From: Candidatus Phocaeicola faecipullorum | GTDB lineage: Bacteria > Bacteroidota > Bacteroidia > Bacteroidales > Bacteroidaceae | Reading direction: 5' to 3' | DNA length: 24,838 nucleotides | NCBI GenBank assembly: GCA_018884025.1 | Contig: JAHLFB010000209.1 | Coordinates: forward strand, 1-24,838 | Shown: piece after piece, positions 7,301 through 22,888 of the stretch | Numbering within the stretch: the first letter of the stretch is position 1 | Layout of the letters: the number at the start of each line of letters is the position of its first letter | Translations under genes and position numbers: made by a program | The notes under the pieces: generated by a model | Databases searched by the model: none | Told to the model about the DNA's origin: nothing | Seen by the model: only the letters and a program-made list of their open reading frames with translations

Positions 7301-7409
7301 TACCGGATATGATCCTTCAACCGGTTCTGCTGCAGGACGTATGGGATTTGATTACGCATCAGTACCATTGAGCAGAGATTATATGATGGGTATTAAATTT
7401 GGATTCTAA
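4311..7409 (+). CDS. SusC-like TonB-dependent outer-membrane transporter
   Basis: Signal peptide (GFA/QT), a carboxypeptidase-D-regulatory-like N-domain ([35 protein letters not shown]), the plug motif [13 protein letters not shown], and a C-terminal aromatic residue (KFGF). There is no N-terminal STN extension. Length 1032 aa. Confidence 0.95.
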   Translation: [1032 protein letters not shown]

Positions 7410-7430
7410 CAACTAAAGATTTATACTATT

Positions 7431-8978
7431 ATGAAAATTAAAAACATTATACTATATACAGCACTTTTAGGCTCAATGTCATTAAGTTCATGTGCTGACT
7501 TTTTAAATGAGGATATTAATCCCAATGAATTATCACCTTCCATTTTCTGGAAAAACGAACAGGACATTCTCAAAGGGCTTACATCTGTTTATGCAGCGTT
7601 ACAGCCTAATATGGAATGGGCTATACCTTACGAACGTTACATCGTAATAGACAATTACAGAAGCGATGAAATAAAATATAGGGACGACGTAACATCATGG
7701 ATGGACATAGCTTCATTCAACAACGACCAGAACAATTCGGTAACAAGAGGAGAATGGACAAACTTATACAAAGGTATAAACTATGCCAATCAGTGTATTG
7801 ACAACATTCCTAATGTGCCAGACACCGACGATGACGTTAAAGCGCTTAAAACACAGGCTATAGCCGAAGCACGTTTTTTAAGAGCATATTTCTACTACCG
7901 TCTTTATATCAACTTTGGTGAAAAAATTCCTATCTATAAAACACAGATAAAAGGAGAAGATTCCGAGTTTTATCCGGAACAGGCCAAAGAAGGTGAACTA
8001 GTTCAATTTATTGAAACTGAACTGTCCGAAATACAGGCCAATTTACCTGAAAAATACGATACTGAAGAAGAAAAAGGAAGAGCAACACGCTATGCAGCAG
8101 CGGCAATCCTTGGAAAATTCTATATGTTCAGACATGAGCTGGCAAAAGCTGAAACTGAATTCAAAAAAATCATTGACCAAGAAAATACTCTATTCAAACT
8201 AACAGAAAACTGGAATGATAATTTTGACGGACTTCACAAAAACAACACTGAATCAATTTTTGAAGTGCAATTTACGGGTAATACAACAGGAGACCACTCC
8301 GAATATAACTATATAACGCTACATCTTGCAACAGATGTAATAGGTGGATACGAAGAGGCCTATCCTTCTGACTGGATATATGAAGTATTAAGCAATGACA
8401 AAACATCAGAAGGCAACTATAGTGTTCGCACATTAAACACAATAATGATTGACGTTCCAGGCTGCCAGCCATGGTACTATGAATCAGGAAAAGGTTACAG
8501 CGATTACCATAAAGGAGGTAAAAAATATTGGCGTAAATTCGTTACTTGGAAAGAAGGTATGAGTCCATATTGGGATATGAGTTTCTTCAATATACCTATA
8601 GTGCGCTATGCCGACGTATTATTGCTATACGCAGAATGTCTGAATGACAGAGGAGCTACCGATGATAAAGGAAAGAGTGCTATTGATTATATCAATGATG
8701 TACGCAGACGTGCAGGAGTTCCTGAACTGGAAGCACCAATGGGTAAAGATGAAATACTGAAACATCTTCAAGATGTAGAACGTCCATGTGAACTTGCACT
8801 GGAAGGATCAAGATGGTACGACCTGGTACGCTGGGGAATTACAGAACAAACACTTAAGGATCATAACAAACAACTTGTTGAGAATTATGTTGACACTAAA
8901 CACAAGCTATTCCCTATTCCACATCAGGAATTCCTCCTTAATCCGGATTGGGAACAGAATCCTAACTTTGGTAAGTAA
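7431..8978 (+). CDS. SusD/RagB-family outer-membrane lipoprotein
   Basis: Lipobox LSSCADFL, immediately downstream of the SusC-like gene. It carries typical SusD blocks (RAYFYYRLYINFG; RYADVLLLYAECLN; RWYDLVRWG). Length 515 aa. Confidence 0.9.
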   Translation: MKIKNIILYTALLGSMSLSSCADFLNEDINPNELSPSIFWKNEQDILKGLTSVYAALQPNMEWAIPYERYIVIDNYRSDEIKYRDDVTSWMDIASFNNDQNNSVTRGEWTNLYKGINYANQCIDNIPNVPDTDDDVKALKTQAIAEARFLRAYFYYRLYINFGEKIPIYKTQIKGEDSEFYPEQAKEGELVQFIETELSEIQANLPEKYDTEEEKGRATRYAAAAILGKFYMFRHELAKAETEFKKIIDQENTLFKLTENWNDNFDGLHKNNTESIFEVQFTGNTTGDHSEYNYITLHLATDVIGGYEEAYPSDWIYEVLSNDKTSEGNYSVRTLNTIMIDVPGCQPWYYESGKGYSDYHKGGKKYWRKFVTWKEGMSPYWDMSFFNIPIVRYADVLLLYAECLNDRGATDDKGKSAIDYINDVRRRAGVPELEAPMGKDEILKHLQDVERPCELALEGSRWYDLVRWGITEQTLKDHNKQLVENYVDTKHKLFPIPHQEFLLNPDWEQNPNFGK

Positions 8979-9002
8979 CATAAACACATTCTTATAATAC
9001 CT

Positions 9003-9048
9003 ATATAGCGAAGAGATTGGTCTTTGATTAACTAACTCTTCGCTATAT
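9003..9048 (+). promoter_or_regulatory. intercistronic stem-loop between the SusD-like gene and the first enzyme gene
   Basis: A 13-bp perfect stem ATATAGCGAAGAG (9003-9015) / CTCTTCGCTATAT (9036-9048) with a 20-nt loop. No clean U-tract follows. Confidence 0.5.
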
Positions 9049-9081
9049 TATAATTAAGCAGACTTTAAAACTATCAAATCC

Positions 9082-11133
9082 ATGAAAATCATAAATACAA
9101 TAGGCATTTGTAGTACCGCACTTATTTGTTCGTGCAATACCCCTACTACAAACACTTCTTTTCTAAATGAACAACAAAAAGATTTTCCAAATCTAATCAA
9201 CATAAAGAATGTTCCATCCGAACAGCATGAGTATGATTTGTACTTGTTTTCTGACCTGGGCGCATGGAGCGGTTATGCGCTGCCTGAAAATGAAAGCAGC
9301 TATAATGCCGGAGCTTTTATCGGTCCAATGGTTATGACAGGACGCGGATGGCTGGCACAATCACTAGCAGAACCCGAGCTGTCTGTAAATGGTAAAAAGT
9401 TCGACTTTGCCCGTAACATCCAGACATCTGAATACCTACCGGGCAAGCTCATCCAGACATATAAGAATGGAGAGCTGAAGTTTGTGACAGAGTTATGTTT
9501 TGCGACTTCGCGTTCAGCTGTAGTTCGTTCAACAATAACAAACCTGACAGAAGCTCCACTAAATATATCACTCAAATGGAAAGGCGGAGTATTCGAAAAG
9601 ACTGCGAAACTGGATGCCAAAGATAATCAAATAAATATTTTTTATCCATTCTATAAATATGGAACAAAAGAAAACGATAAACCAAAGACCTCACCAGTTG
9701 ACAATGTTAACATTTCAATCAGTTTCAATACTGCCGAGAATGTAGTAACCAACGGAAAAGACAGTCTTTTTGTCAATGAAAAAAACAATTATACATTGGA
9801 GCCGGGAAAACAGTATCAGTCATCATATATAGAAACTCTTGTATTAAAAGATGAAGATATTAATAAAGAAAAAGACTGTTTATCAAATATATCCATAGAT
9901 GAATGTTTCATAAAAAATGAAACTAGATGGAACGGATATATCACAAAGTTAATGGACTCAGACAGCCCGTACATGAAAGAAAATTCATATCGTAATATAG
10001 CTGTCAAAGCAATGATGACATTAAACTCAAACTGGAGAAGCAGCGCCGGAGACATCTTGCGCGGATGCAGTTTCCCTTCATATGTAGGTTTCATTGGAGG
10101 ATGCTGGTCATGGGATGCATGGCAAATAGCATCCGGAAATGTACTTTACAATCCGGAAGGGGCAAAAAGCGAAATGTTAGCACTCTTTGACTATCAGGTT
10201 GATAACGGCATGGTTCCTGACTTTATAAATTACAACAAAAAAAGAAACAACTGGAGAGACAGTAAACCACCTGTTGCATCATGGGGAGCAATGAATGTAT
10301 ATAAGGCAACCGGTGACAAGAAATTCCTTGAGGAAATATTTGACAAACTCTATAAATTCCATAACTGGTGGTATAATGACCGCGACCACAACAAAAACGG
10401 TATTTGTGAATACGGTTCTACAGATGGCTCACTTATTGCAGCAGCATGGGAAAGCGGAATGGACAATGGCGTACGATTCGATGACACAGAAATCTTGAAT
10501 AATGGACGTGATGATGCATGGTCTATGAATCAAGAAAGCATATGTCTAAATTCATTCTTATATATAGACAAAAAAGTACTTGCTGAAATGGCCTCAATTT
10601 TAGGCAAAAACGACATTGCCGAAAAACTTAACAAAGATGCAGAATTCATAAAAGAATATGTACAAAAAAATATGTACGATGAAGAAACCGGCTTTTTCTA
10701 CGATGTAAAAATAGATTCCGAAGAAAAAGTAAAAGTAATGGGAGCTGAAGGATGGTTACCGTTATGGGCTGGTATAGCGACAAAAGAACAGGCTGAATCA
10801 GTCAAACAAAACATGATGAATGAAAATCATTTCAACTCACACCTTCCTTTAGGTACTCTTGATATAAGTCACCCGGCATTACGTCCTACCAGAGGTTATT
10901 GGAGAGGTCCGGTATGGTTTAATCAGGTATATTTTGGCATTATAGGATTAAAGAACTATGGATACGAAAAAGAAGCTGACTATCTAACACGAAAATTTAT
11001 GAATAATGCACAAGGACTTATGACTGACGGACCAATACACGAAAATTACAATCCTCTGACAGGAGAGGCTCTAAATGCCCCTAATTTCGGCTGGTCATCT
11101 GCATTAATTCTTAAACTCTTGGTTAACAAATAA
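9082..11133 (+). CDS. GH63-like / MGH1-like (alpha/alpha)6-barrel glycoside hydrolase, putative alpha-glucosidase; lipoprotein-type signal
   Basis: Motifs GCWSWDAWQ, RDSKPP, WESGMDN, YWRGPVWFNQ and ENYNPLTGE...FGWSSAL resemble the GH37/GH63 clan, and ESGMDN and YWRGPVW favour GH63/MGH. The signal peptide has candidate lipobox Cys residues (ALICSC). The family was not confirmed by HMM. Confidence 0.65.
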   Translation: MKIINTIGICSTALICSCNTPTTNTSFLNEQQKDFPNLINIKNVPSEQHEYDLYLFSDLGAWSGYALPENESSYNAGAFIGPMVMTGRGWLAQSLAEPELSVNGKKFDFARNIQTSEYLPGKLIQTYKNGELKFVTELCFATSRSAVVRSTITNLTEAPLNISLKWKGGVFEKTAKLDAKDNQINIFYPFYKYGTKENDKPKTSPVDNVNISISFNTAENVVTNGKDSLFVNEKNNYTLEPGKQYQSSYIETLVLKDEDINKEKDCLSNISIDECFIKNETRWNGYITKLMDSDSPYMKENSYRNIAVKAMMTLNSNWRSSAGDILRGCSFPSYVGFIGGCWSWDAWQIASGNVLYNPEGAKSEMLALFDYQVDNGMVPDFINYNKKRNNWRDSKPPVASWGAMNVYKATGDKKFLEEIFDKLYKFHNWWYNDRDHNKNGICEYGSTDGSLIAAAWESGMDNGVRFDDTEILNNGRDDAWSMNQESICLNSFLYIDKKVLAEMASILGKNDIAEKLNKDAEFIKEYVQKNMYDEETGFFYDVKIDSEEKVKVMGAEGWLPLWAGIATKEQAESVKQNMMNENHFNSHLPLGTLDISHPALRPTRGYWRGPVWFNQVYFGIIGLKNYGYEKEADYLTRKFMNNAQGLMTDGPIHENYNPLTGEALNAPNFGWSSALILKLLVNK

Positions 11134-11142
11134 AAAATATAA

Positions 11143-14397
<3,255 letters not shown>

Positions 14398-14441
14398 ATG
14401 CAATTTTAAAAGCAATTATATAGTATATTAAAACATTTATT

Positions 14442-14719
14442 ATGTTCACAGTCATTGGAATAATGTTCGGAGGAATTATTTTAGGCTATGCAATTAAAAA
14501 TTACCGCCTGAAATTCCTAAGCTCTATCATCACTACTCTAATTTGGGTATTACTTTTCATCCTGGGTATAGAAGTTGGAAGCAACCAGCAAATAATAAAC
14601 GGGCTGGCCACTTTGGGACTTGAAGCTATTGTCATTACTATAGCAGCCGTCCTTGGCAGTTGTGTGGCGGCATGGTTATTATGGTATGCACTATATAAAA
14701 GAAAGAAAGGAGGAAAAGC

Positions 14720-14723
<4 letters not shown>
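14442..14723 (+). CDS. LysO (YbjE/DUF340) family transporter, N-terminal-equivalent small subunit
   Basis: 93 aa, about 3 TM segments. It resembles, from memory, the N-terminal third of E. coli LysO/YbjE (MF..G.I..LI.GY...). It overlaps the next ORF by 4 nt (ATGA). Confidence 0.75.
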
Positions 14724-18495
<3,772 letters not shown>

Positions 18496-18520
18496 AATTC
18501 ATTAAATCAACTTTCAGTAT

Positions 18521-20431
18521 ATGAACAAATCAATCATAAAAACACTGACACTGGCTTGTCTGTGTATTGCCGGCGCATCTTGTAGCATGAAAGAAGGTAC
18601 AAGGCAGAACACATGTCAAAGATACCAGTATCCATGTATCCTGGACATCTCTGTAACTCCGGAACATGGAATGAAACGCGTAGGATGCTTCACTGATGCA
18701 GGTTCGTGGATGGGATTTACCATCCCACAGAAGGACAAATGGATAAACGGTTTCTGCGGTCCGTTCAGTATTGACAACAGGGTATGGTTCGCACAGTCGG
18801 CTGTTTCTGTCAACATTGACGGAGCAGAGTTTCAACCCGATTCCATATCATACTTTCCGGGAGAAGTATATATGTCGGCAAAATCGGAATACGGCTCAAT
18901 GGAACAAAGAATGGTTTTCGCGTCGGCAAACACAGCTCTCGTAAATATAAAGAACAATTCAGGAGAGGAATTCTCTGTCAGCGGAAAAGGATGGAACAAA
19001 GATATAACTCTTAAAAAAAGCAATAATATAATTACGGCAAGTCATCCGAACGGTGAAACTGTACAGATAACTTTCCCGCAGGACTTCGATGTCATCTGCA
19101 ATGACAGTAATTATACAGCCACCAATAATAGCAAAAACACTTATGTAGCCATATCGTTTTATGCGTCGGAAAACGAACTCGTGTCCGGAGAGCAGAAAGC
19201 CATTTCATTGCTTAACAATCCGGAACCTTCCATAAAAAAGAACAATGACAGATGGGAAGGATATCTAAGCAAGGTTTTAAGGACAGATATGAAACATGAG
19301 TACAACCGTGTAGCGGTAAAATCCGTTGTAACGCTGATTTCAAACTGGAGGACACACCGCGAAGGACTTCTGCACGATGGTGTCATCCCAAGTCATGCCG
19401 TAAATTATTTCATAGGTTTCTGGGCATGGGACAGCTGGAGGTTTTCGGCAGCACTAGCAAGAATTGAGCCTGAACTGGCAAAAAACAATATCCGTGCCAT
19501 GTTCGACTATCAGCTGCCTGACGGCATGATTATCGACTGTATATATACAGATCCAGCCGAAAACAATGCTAGAGACAGTAAGCCACCATTGGTATGCTGG
19601 GCTGTCGATGAAATTCTAAAGTTCAATAAAGATACCGCTTTCGTAAAAGAGATGTATCCACAGTTGCTGTCATACTATAAATGGTGGTTCAACAAACGCG
19701 ACCATAACAAGAACGGTATGTGTGAATTCGGATGTACAGACGGAACACTTGAAGCTGCCGGATGGGAAAGCGGTATGGACAACGCTATAAGATTTGACAA
19801 CTGCAAAATGCTGAAGAACGCAAACGATGCATGGAGTTTTGACCAGGAAAGTGTGGACTTGAACGCTTACCTTGCATACGAGTGTAAACTACTCAGAAAA
19901 TTCGCAGATATCACAGGATATGAATTTGACGGACCTGACTACAGTGATAAGGTAGCCGGCTATTTCTTCAACGATAAGATGGGCTTCTTCTGCGATAGAA
20001 AACTTCCTGATGGAAAATTCGTACAGGAGGCTGCATGCGAAGGATACACGCCTTTCTGGACAAGGATAGCAAGCCAGGAGCAAATGGACAAAGCACTTGT
20101 GTTATTGACCGATACAGCAAAATTCTCTACATACATACCATTCCCAACCGCTGCAGCCGACAATCCTAAATGCAGTCCTAACGGATACTGGCGTGGACCT
20201 ATATGGCTGGACCAGACATATCAGGCCATAAAAGGATTAAGGAACTATGGATACGGCGAACTGGCCGACAAATACACTATGCAGGTATTCGACAGATGTG
20301 AAGGTCTGACTGGTACATCGCCTATACATGAGAACTATGGTACGCACACAGGAGAATGCTTACAGGCACCACACTTCAGCTGGAGCGCATCACATCTGTT
20401 AATGTTGTACGAAGACTTCGGGAAAAAATAA
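18521..20431 (+). CDS. GH63-like / MGH1-like (alpha/alpha)6-barrel glycoside hydrolase (paralog of 9082-11133), lipoprotein
   Basis: Lipobox AGASC. Motifs GFWAWDSWR, RDSKPP, WESGMDN, YWRGPIWLDQ and ENYGTHTGE...FSWSASH align block for block with the first copy. Confidence 0.65.
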   Translation: MNKSIIKTLTLACLCIAGASCSMKEGTRQNTCQRYQYPCILDISVTPEHGMKRVGCFTDAGSWMGFTIPQKDKWINGFCGPFSIDNRVWFAQSAVSVNIDGAEFQPDSISYFPGEVYMSAKSEYGSMEQRMVFASANTALVNIKNNSGEEFSVSGKGWNKDITLKKSNNIITASHPNGETVQITFPQDFDVICNDSNYTATNNSKNTYVAISFYASENELVSGEQKAISLLNNPEPSIKKNNDRWEGYLSKVLRTDMKHEYNRVAVKSVVTLISNWRTHREGLLHDGVIPSHAVNYFIGFWAWDSWRFSAALARIEPELAKNNIRAMFDYQLPDGMIIDCIYTDPAENNARDSKPPLVCWAVDEILKFNKDTAFVKEMYPQLLSYYKWWFNKRDHNKNGMCEFGCTDGTLEAAGWESGMDNAIRFDNCKMLKNANDAWSFDQESVDLNAYLAYECKLLRKFADITGYEFDGPDYSDKVAGYFFNDKMGFFCDRKLPDGKFVQEAACEGYTPFWTRIASQEQMDKALVLLTDTAKFSTYIPFPTAAADNPKCSPNGYWRGPIWLDQTYQAIKGLRNYGYGELADKYTMQVFDRCEGLTGTSPIHENYGTHTGECLQAPHFSWSASHLLMLYEDFGKK

Positions 20432-20455
20432 ATCTCTGACAACAATACATTAATA

Positions 20456-20505
20456 AAAGCCGTTTGCAGTCTATTATGAACAAGACTTGCAAGCGGCTTT
20501 ATTTT
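20456..20505. terminator. rho-independent terminator of the PUL operon, probably bidirectional
   Basis: A long imperfect stem AAAGCCGTTTGCAGTCT / AGACTTGCAAGCGGCTTT (about 16 bp, one bulge, some G-U pairs). It is followed by TTTATTTT on the plus strand and by TTTTATT on the minus strand. Confidence 0.75.
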
Positions 20506-20546
20506 AACAATGCTGGGATATAAAATCGAAAATATATACCTGTTTT

Positions 20547-20630
20547 CTATATATACAACTTGTATTTTTCTATATATAACTTGTATTTATAAAAATATAA
20601 GTTGTATTTACATAAAAATAAATTGTATAT
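20547..20630. repeat. four tandem 21-bp repeats, consensus about TATATAA(C/G)TTGTATTT
   Basis: The core NTTGTAT(T/A)T starts at 20559, 20580, 20601 and 20622, an exact 21-bp period. The units degenerate progressively. Confidence 0.85.
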
Positions 20631-20646
20631 ATAGAATATGCCTAAA

Positions 20647-20677
20647 CAAAACTACTTTTCCAACAGCTGATAACAAA
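20647..20677 (-). promoter_or_regulatory. Bacteroides-type promoter on the minus strand reading into the 21-bp repeat array
   Basis: Plus-strand CAAAACTA (20647-20654) is minus-strand TAGTTTTG. Plus-strand CAAA (20674-20677) is minus-strand -33 TTTG. The gap is 19 bp. Confidence 0.4.
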
Positions 20678-20705
20678 GTATCCAAACAGGATATGAATAA
20701 AAGAA

Positions 20706-20740
20706 ACGCCCTGTAAACAGTTTGACCGTTTACAGGGCGT
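20706..20740 (-). terminator. rho-independent terminator of the M13 peptidase gene
   Basis: A 13-bp perfect stem ACGCCCTGTAAAC (20706-20718) / GTTTACAGGGCGT (20728-20740) with a 9-nt loop. The minus-strand tail is TTCTTTTATTC. It lies 31 nt past the stop codon. Confidence 0.85.
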
Positions 20741-20770
20741 CATGTTCTATATCAAGTTAAGTATAATCTA

Positions 20771-22807
20771 TTACCAAACTCTACAACGGTTTTCCGGTGC
20801 AAGATACATTGAATCTTTTTCTGTGATACCAAATGCTTCGTACCATGCGTCAACATGTGGAAGAGCACCGTTTACACGCCATTCACCAAGTGAATGAGGG
20901 TCTGACTTAGTACGTGAACGGATTTCCTCCTCACGGATATTTCCAGCCCAGAGAGCAGCGTATGCAATGAAGAAACGCTGGTCGGCTGTAAATCCGTCTT
21001 CGTCAGGAAGAGGATTGTTCTTTGTTGCGTTCTTGAATGCAAGATAAGAAACATTCAAACCTCCGTGGTCAGCGATGTTTTCGCCCAAAGTCAACTGTCC
21101 GTTAGCTTTAAGTCCTGGAAGAACTTCAATGTTGTTGAAGAAATCAACCATTACTTTTGTACGTTCATTGAAACGGTCGCCGTCACCTTCTGCCCACCAG
21201 TCTTTCAAGTTACCGTCCTTGTCGTACTGACGTCCCTGGTCATCAAATCCGTGTGTCATTTCATGACCTATTACAACACCGATAGCACCATAGTTGAATG
21301 CATCGTCAGCATTCATATCGAAGAACGGATATTGCAGTATTGCGGCAGGGAAACAGATTTCGTTTGTCTGAGGGTTGTAATAAGCATTTACAGTCTGAGG
21401 GCTCATCAGCCATTCATCCTTGTCAACTGGCTTACCGATACGGCTGAACATATCTTTTGTATCCCACTGGGCAGTACGACATACATTTGCCCAATATGAA
21501 TCTTTCTCTATATTCAGACTTGAATAATCTTTCCATTTGTCAGGATAGCCGACTTTTACATGGAATGCAGAAAGTTTCTCCATAGCTCTCACTTTAGTGC
21601 TGTCGCTCATCCATTCCTGAGCCTGAATACGCTCGCCGAGAGCTTCCTGAAGATTCTTAACCAATGCCACCATACGTTCCTTGGCAGCTGCAGGGAAGTA
21701 TTTCTCTACATACATCTGTCCTACAACCTCTCCAAGCATGCCGTTTACTGCATTAACAGCACGTTTCCAGCGTGGCTGGTTTGCCTGACGTCCTGACAAA
21801 ACTTTTCCGTAGAAATCAAATCTTGCCGCAACGAAATCATCACTCAAATAGTTTGCCGCAGCATCAATAAGGTTATACTGTAAATAAGAGATGTGGCGTG
21901 AAAGCGGTAAAGTATTGATAAGGTTTTCAACCTCTTTGATAGGCTCAATCTGTTCAACATTCAATTCTGTCACACCAGATACTCCCAAAGCTGTTAAGTA
22001 AGCATCCCAATCAATGCCGGAGAAAGTCTTTTTGAGTTCATCGTATGACATCTTGTGATAATTAGCCTCCGGATTACGACGTTCAACAGCGCTGTAAGAT
22101 GCCTTTGCAATAGCAGTTTCCACTTCCATTACGTCTGCCATCTTCTGTTTAGCCTCATCTTCAGAGAAACCTGCCAATGTAAACAATTTAACTATATACT
22201 GCTTGTACTGTTCACGTATTGCGGTAGTATTCTCGTCTGTATCAAGATAATATTCCTTTTCACCAAGGTTTATACCACCCTGGGCAATCTGGAAGATATT
22301 AAGAGTACTGTTCTTCGGATCGCCGTAAACATAATTGCTGAAATATGTTCCTATACCATTGTTGAACAATTCTGCCTTAATCTGCATAATCTGGTTCTTG
22401 TCTGATATAGCGGAAATCTTATCAAGCATAGGCTTAATAGGAGCTATACCGTCAGAATTCAGTTTTACGCTATCCATAGCCAAAGAATAAAGATCGCCTA
22501 TCTTCTGTCCCTGACTTCCGGCAGGATTTTCTTTTCCGGCAAAACCTTCAATCATTTCTTTCAGCTGTTTCTGGTTTTCTTCCATAAGCATCTCGAACGA
22601 GCCATATCGTGAATACTCTGCTGTAAGAGGGTGTGAATCATTAAAACCTCCACATGCAAAACGGAAGAAATCGTTTCCGGGAACTGCTGTAGTGTCAAGA
22701 TTGGCAAGATTTATTCCTGTTCCAACCTTAGCTTCTTTCTGGCCTGCACATCCGGACAGTGCGGCTACAGCCAATGCTGCAAAAGCAATACAATGTTTAG
22801 TTTTCAT
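20771..22807 (-). CDS. pepO: M13-family zinc metalloendopeptidase (PepO / neprilysin-like), lipoprotein
   Basis: Zinc motif VIGHEMTHGFD (HExxH), GENIADHGG, NAYYNP, and a C-terminal W. Lipobox LSGC. Length 678 aa. Confidence 0.93.
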   Translation of the reverse strand: MKTKHCIAFAALAVAALSGCAGQKEAKVGTGINLANLDTTAVPGNDFFRFACGGFNDSHPLTAEYSRYGSFEMLMEENQKQLKEMIEGFAGKENPAGSQGQKIGDLYSLAMDSVKLNSDGIAPIKPMLDKISAISDKNQIMQIKAELFNNGIGTYFSNYVYGDPKNSTLNIFQIAQGGINLGEKEYYLDTDENTTAIREQYKQYIVKLFTLAGFSEDEAKQKMADVMEVETAIAKASYSAVERRNPEANYHKMSYDELKKTFSGIDWDAYLTALGVSGVTELNVEQIEPIKEVENLINTLPLSRHISYLQYNLIDAAANYLSDDFVAARFDFYGKVLSGRQANQPRWKRAVNAVNGMLGEVVGQMYVEKYFPAAAKERMVALVKNLQEALGERIQAQEWMSDSTKVRAMEKLSAFHVKVGYPDKWKDYSSLNIEKDSYWANVCRTAQWDTKDMFSRIGKPVDKDEWLMSPQTVNAYYNPQTNEICFPAAILQYPFFDMNADDAFNYGAIGVVIGHEMTHGFDDQGRQYDKDGNLKDWWAEGDGDRFNERTKVMVDFFNNIEVLPGLKANGQLTLGENIADHGGLNVSYLAFKNATKNNPLPDEDGFTADQRFFIAYAALWAGNIREEEIRSRTKSDPHSLGEWRVNGALPHVDAWYEAFGITEKDSMYLAPENRCRVW

Positions 22808-22816
22808 AAATAAATA

Positions 22817-22864
22817 TTTAGTTTGTGAGTTTATAAGTTTTTTAGTTTGTGAGTTTATGAGTTT
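22817..22864. repeat. tandem duplication of a 24-bp unit (equivalently six NNNAGTTT octamers) just upstream of the peptidase start codon
   Basis: TTTAGTTTGTGAGTTTATAAGTTT (22817-22840) and TTTAGTTTGTGAGTTTATGAGTTT (22841-22864) differ at 1 position. Confidence 0.9.
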
Positions 22865-22888
22865 TAACCAACTTAAAAACTTAGGGAC

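Noticed and set aside
20547-20630. Possible CRISPR array
   Set aside because: The repeats are contiguous 21-bp units with no unique spacers, degenerate from copy to copy, and not palindromic. No cas genes are in the window.
20510-20716. 68-aa plus-strand ORF (MLGYKIENIYLFSIYTTCIFLYITCIY...)
   Set aside because: Its sequence is simply the 21-bp DNA repeat translated (recurring CIY/IY). It lies between two terminators and runs into the peptidase terminator hairpin. It is almost certainly non-coding.
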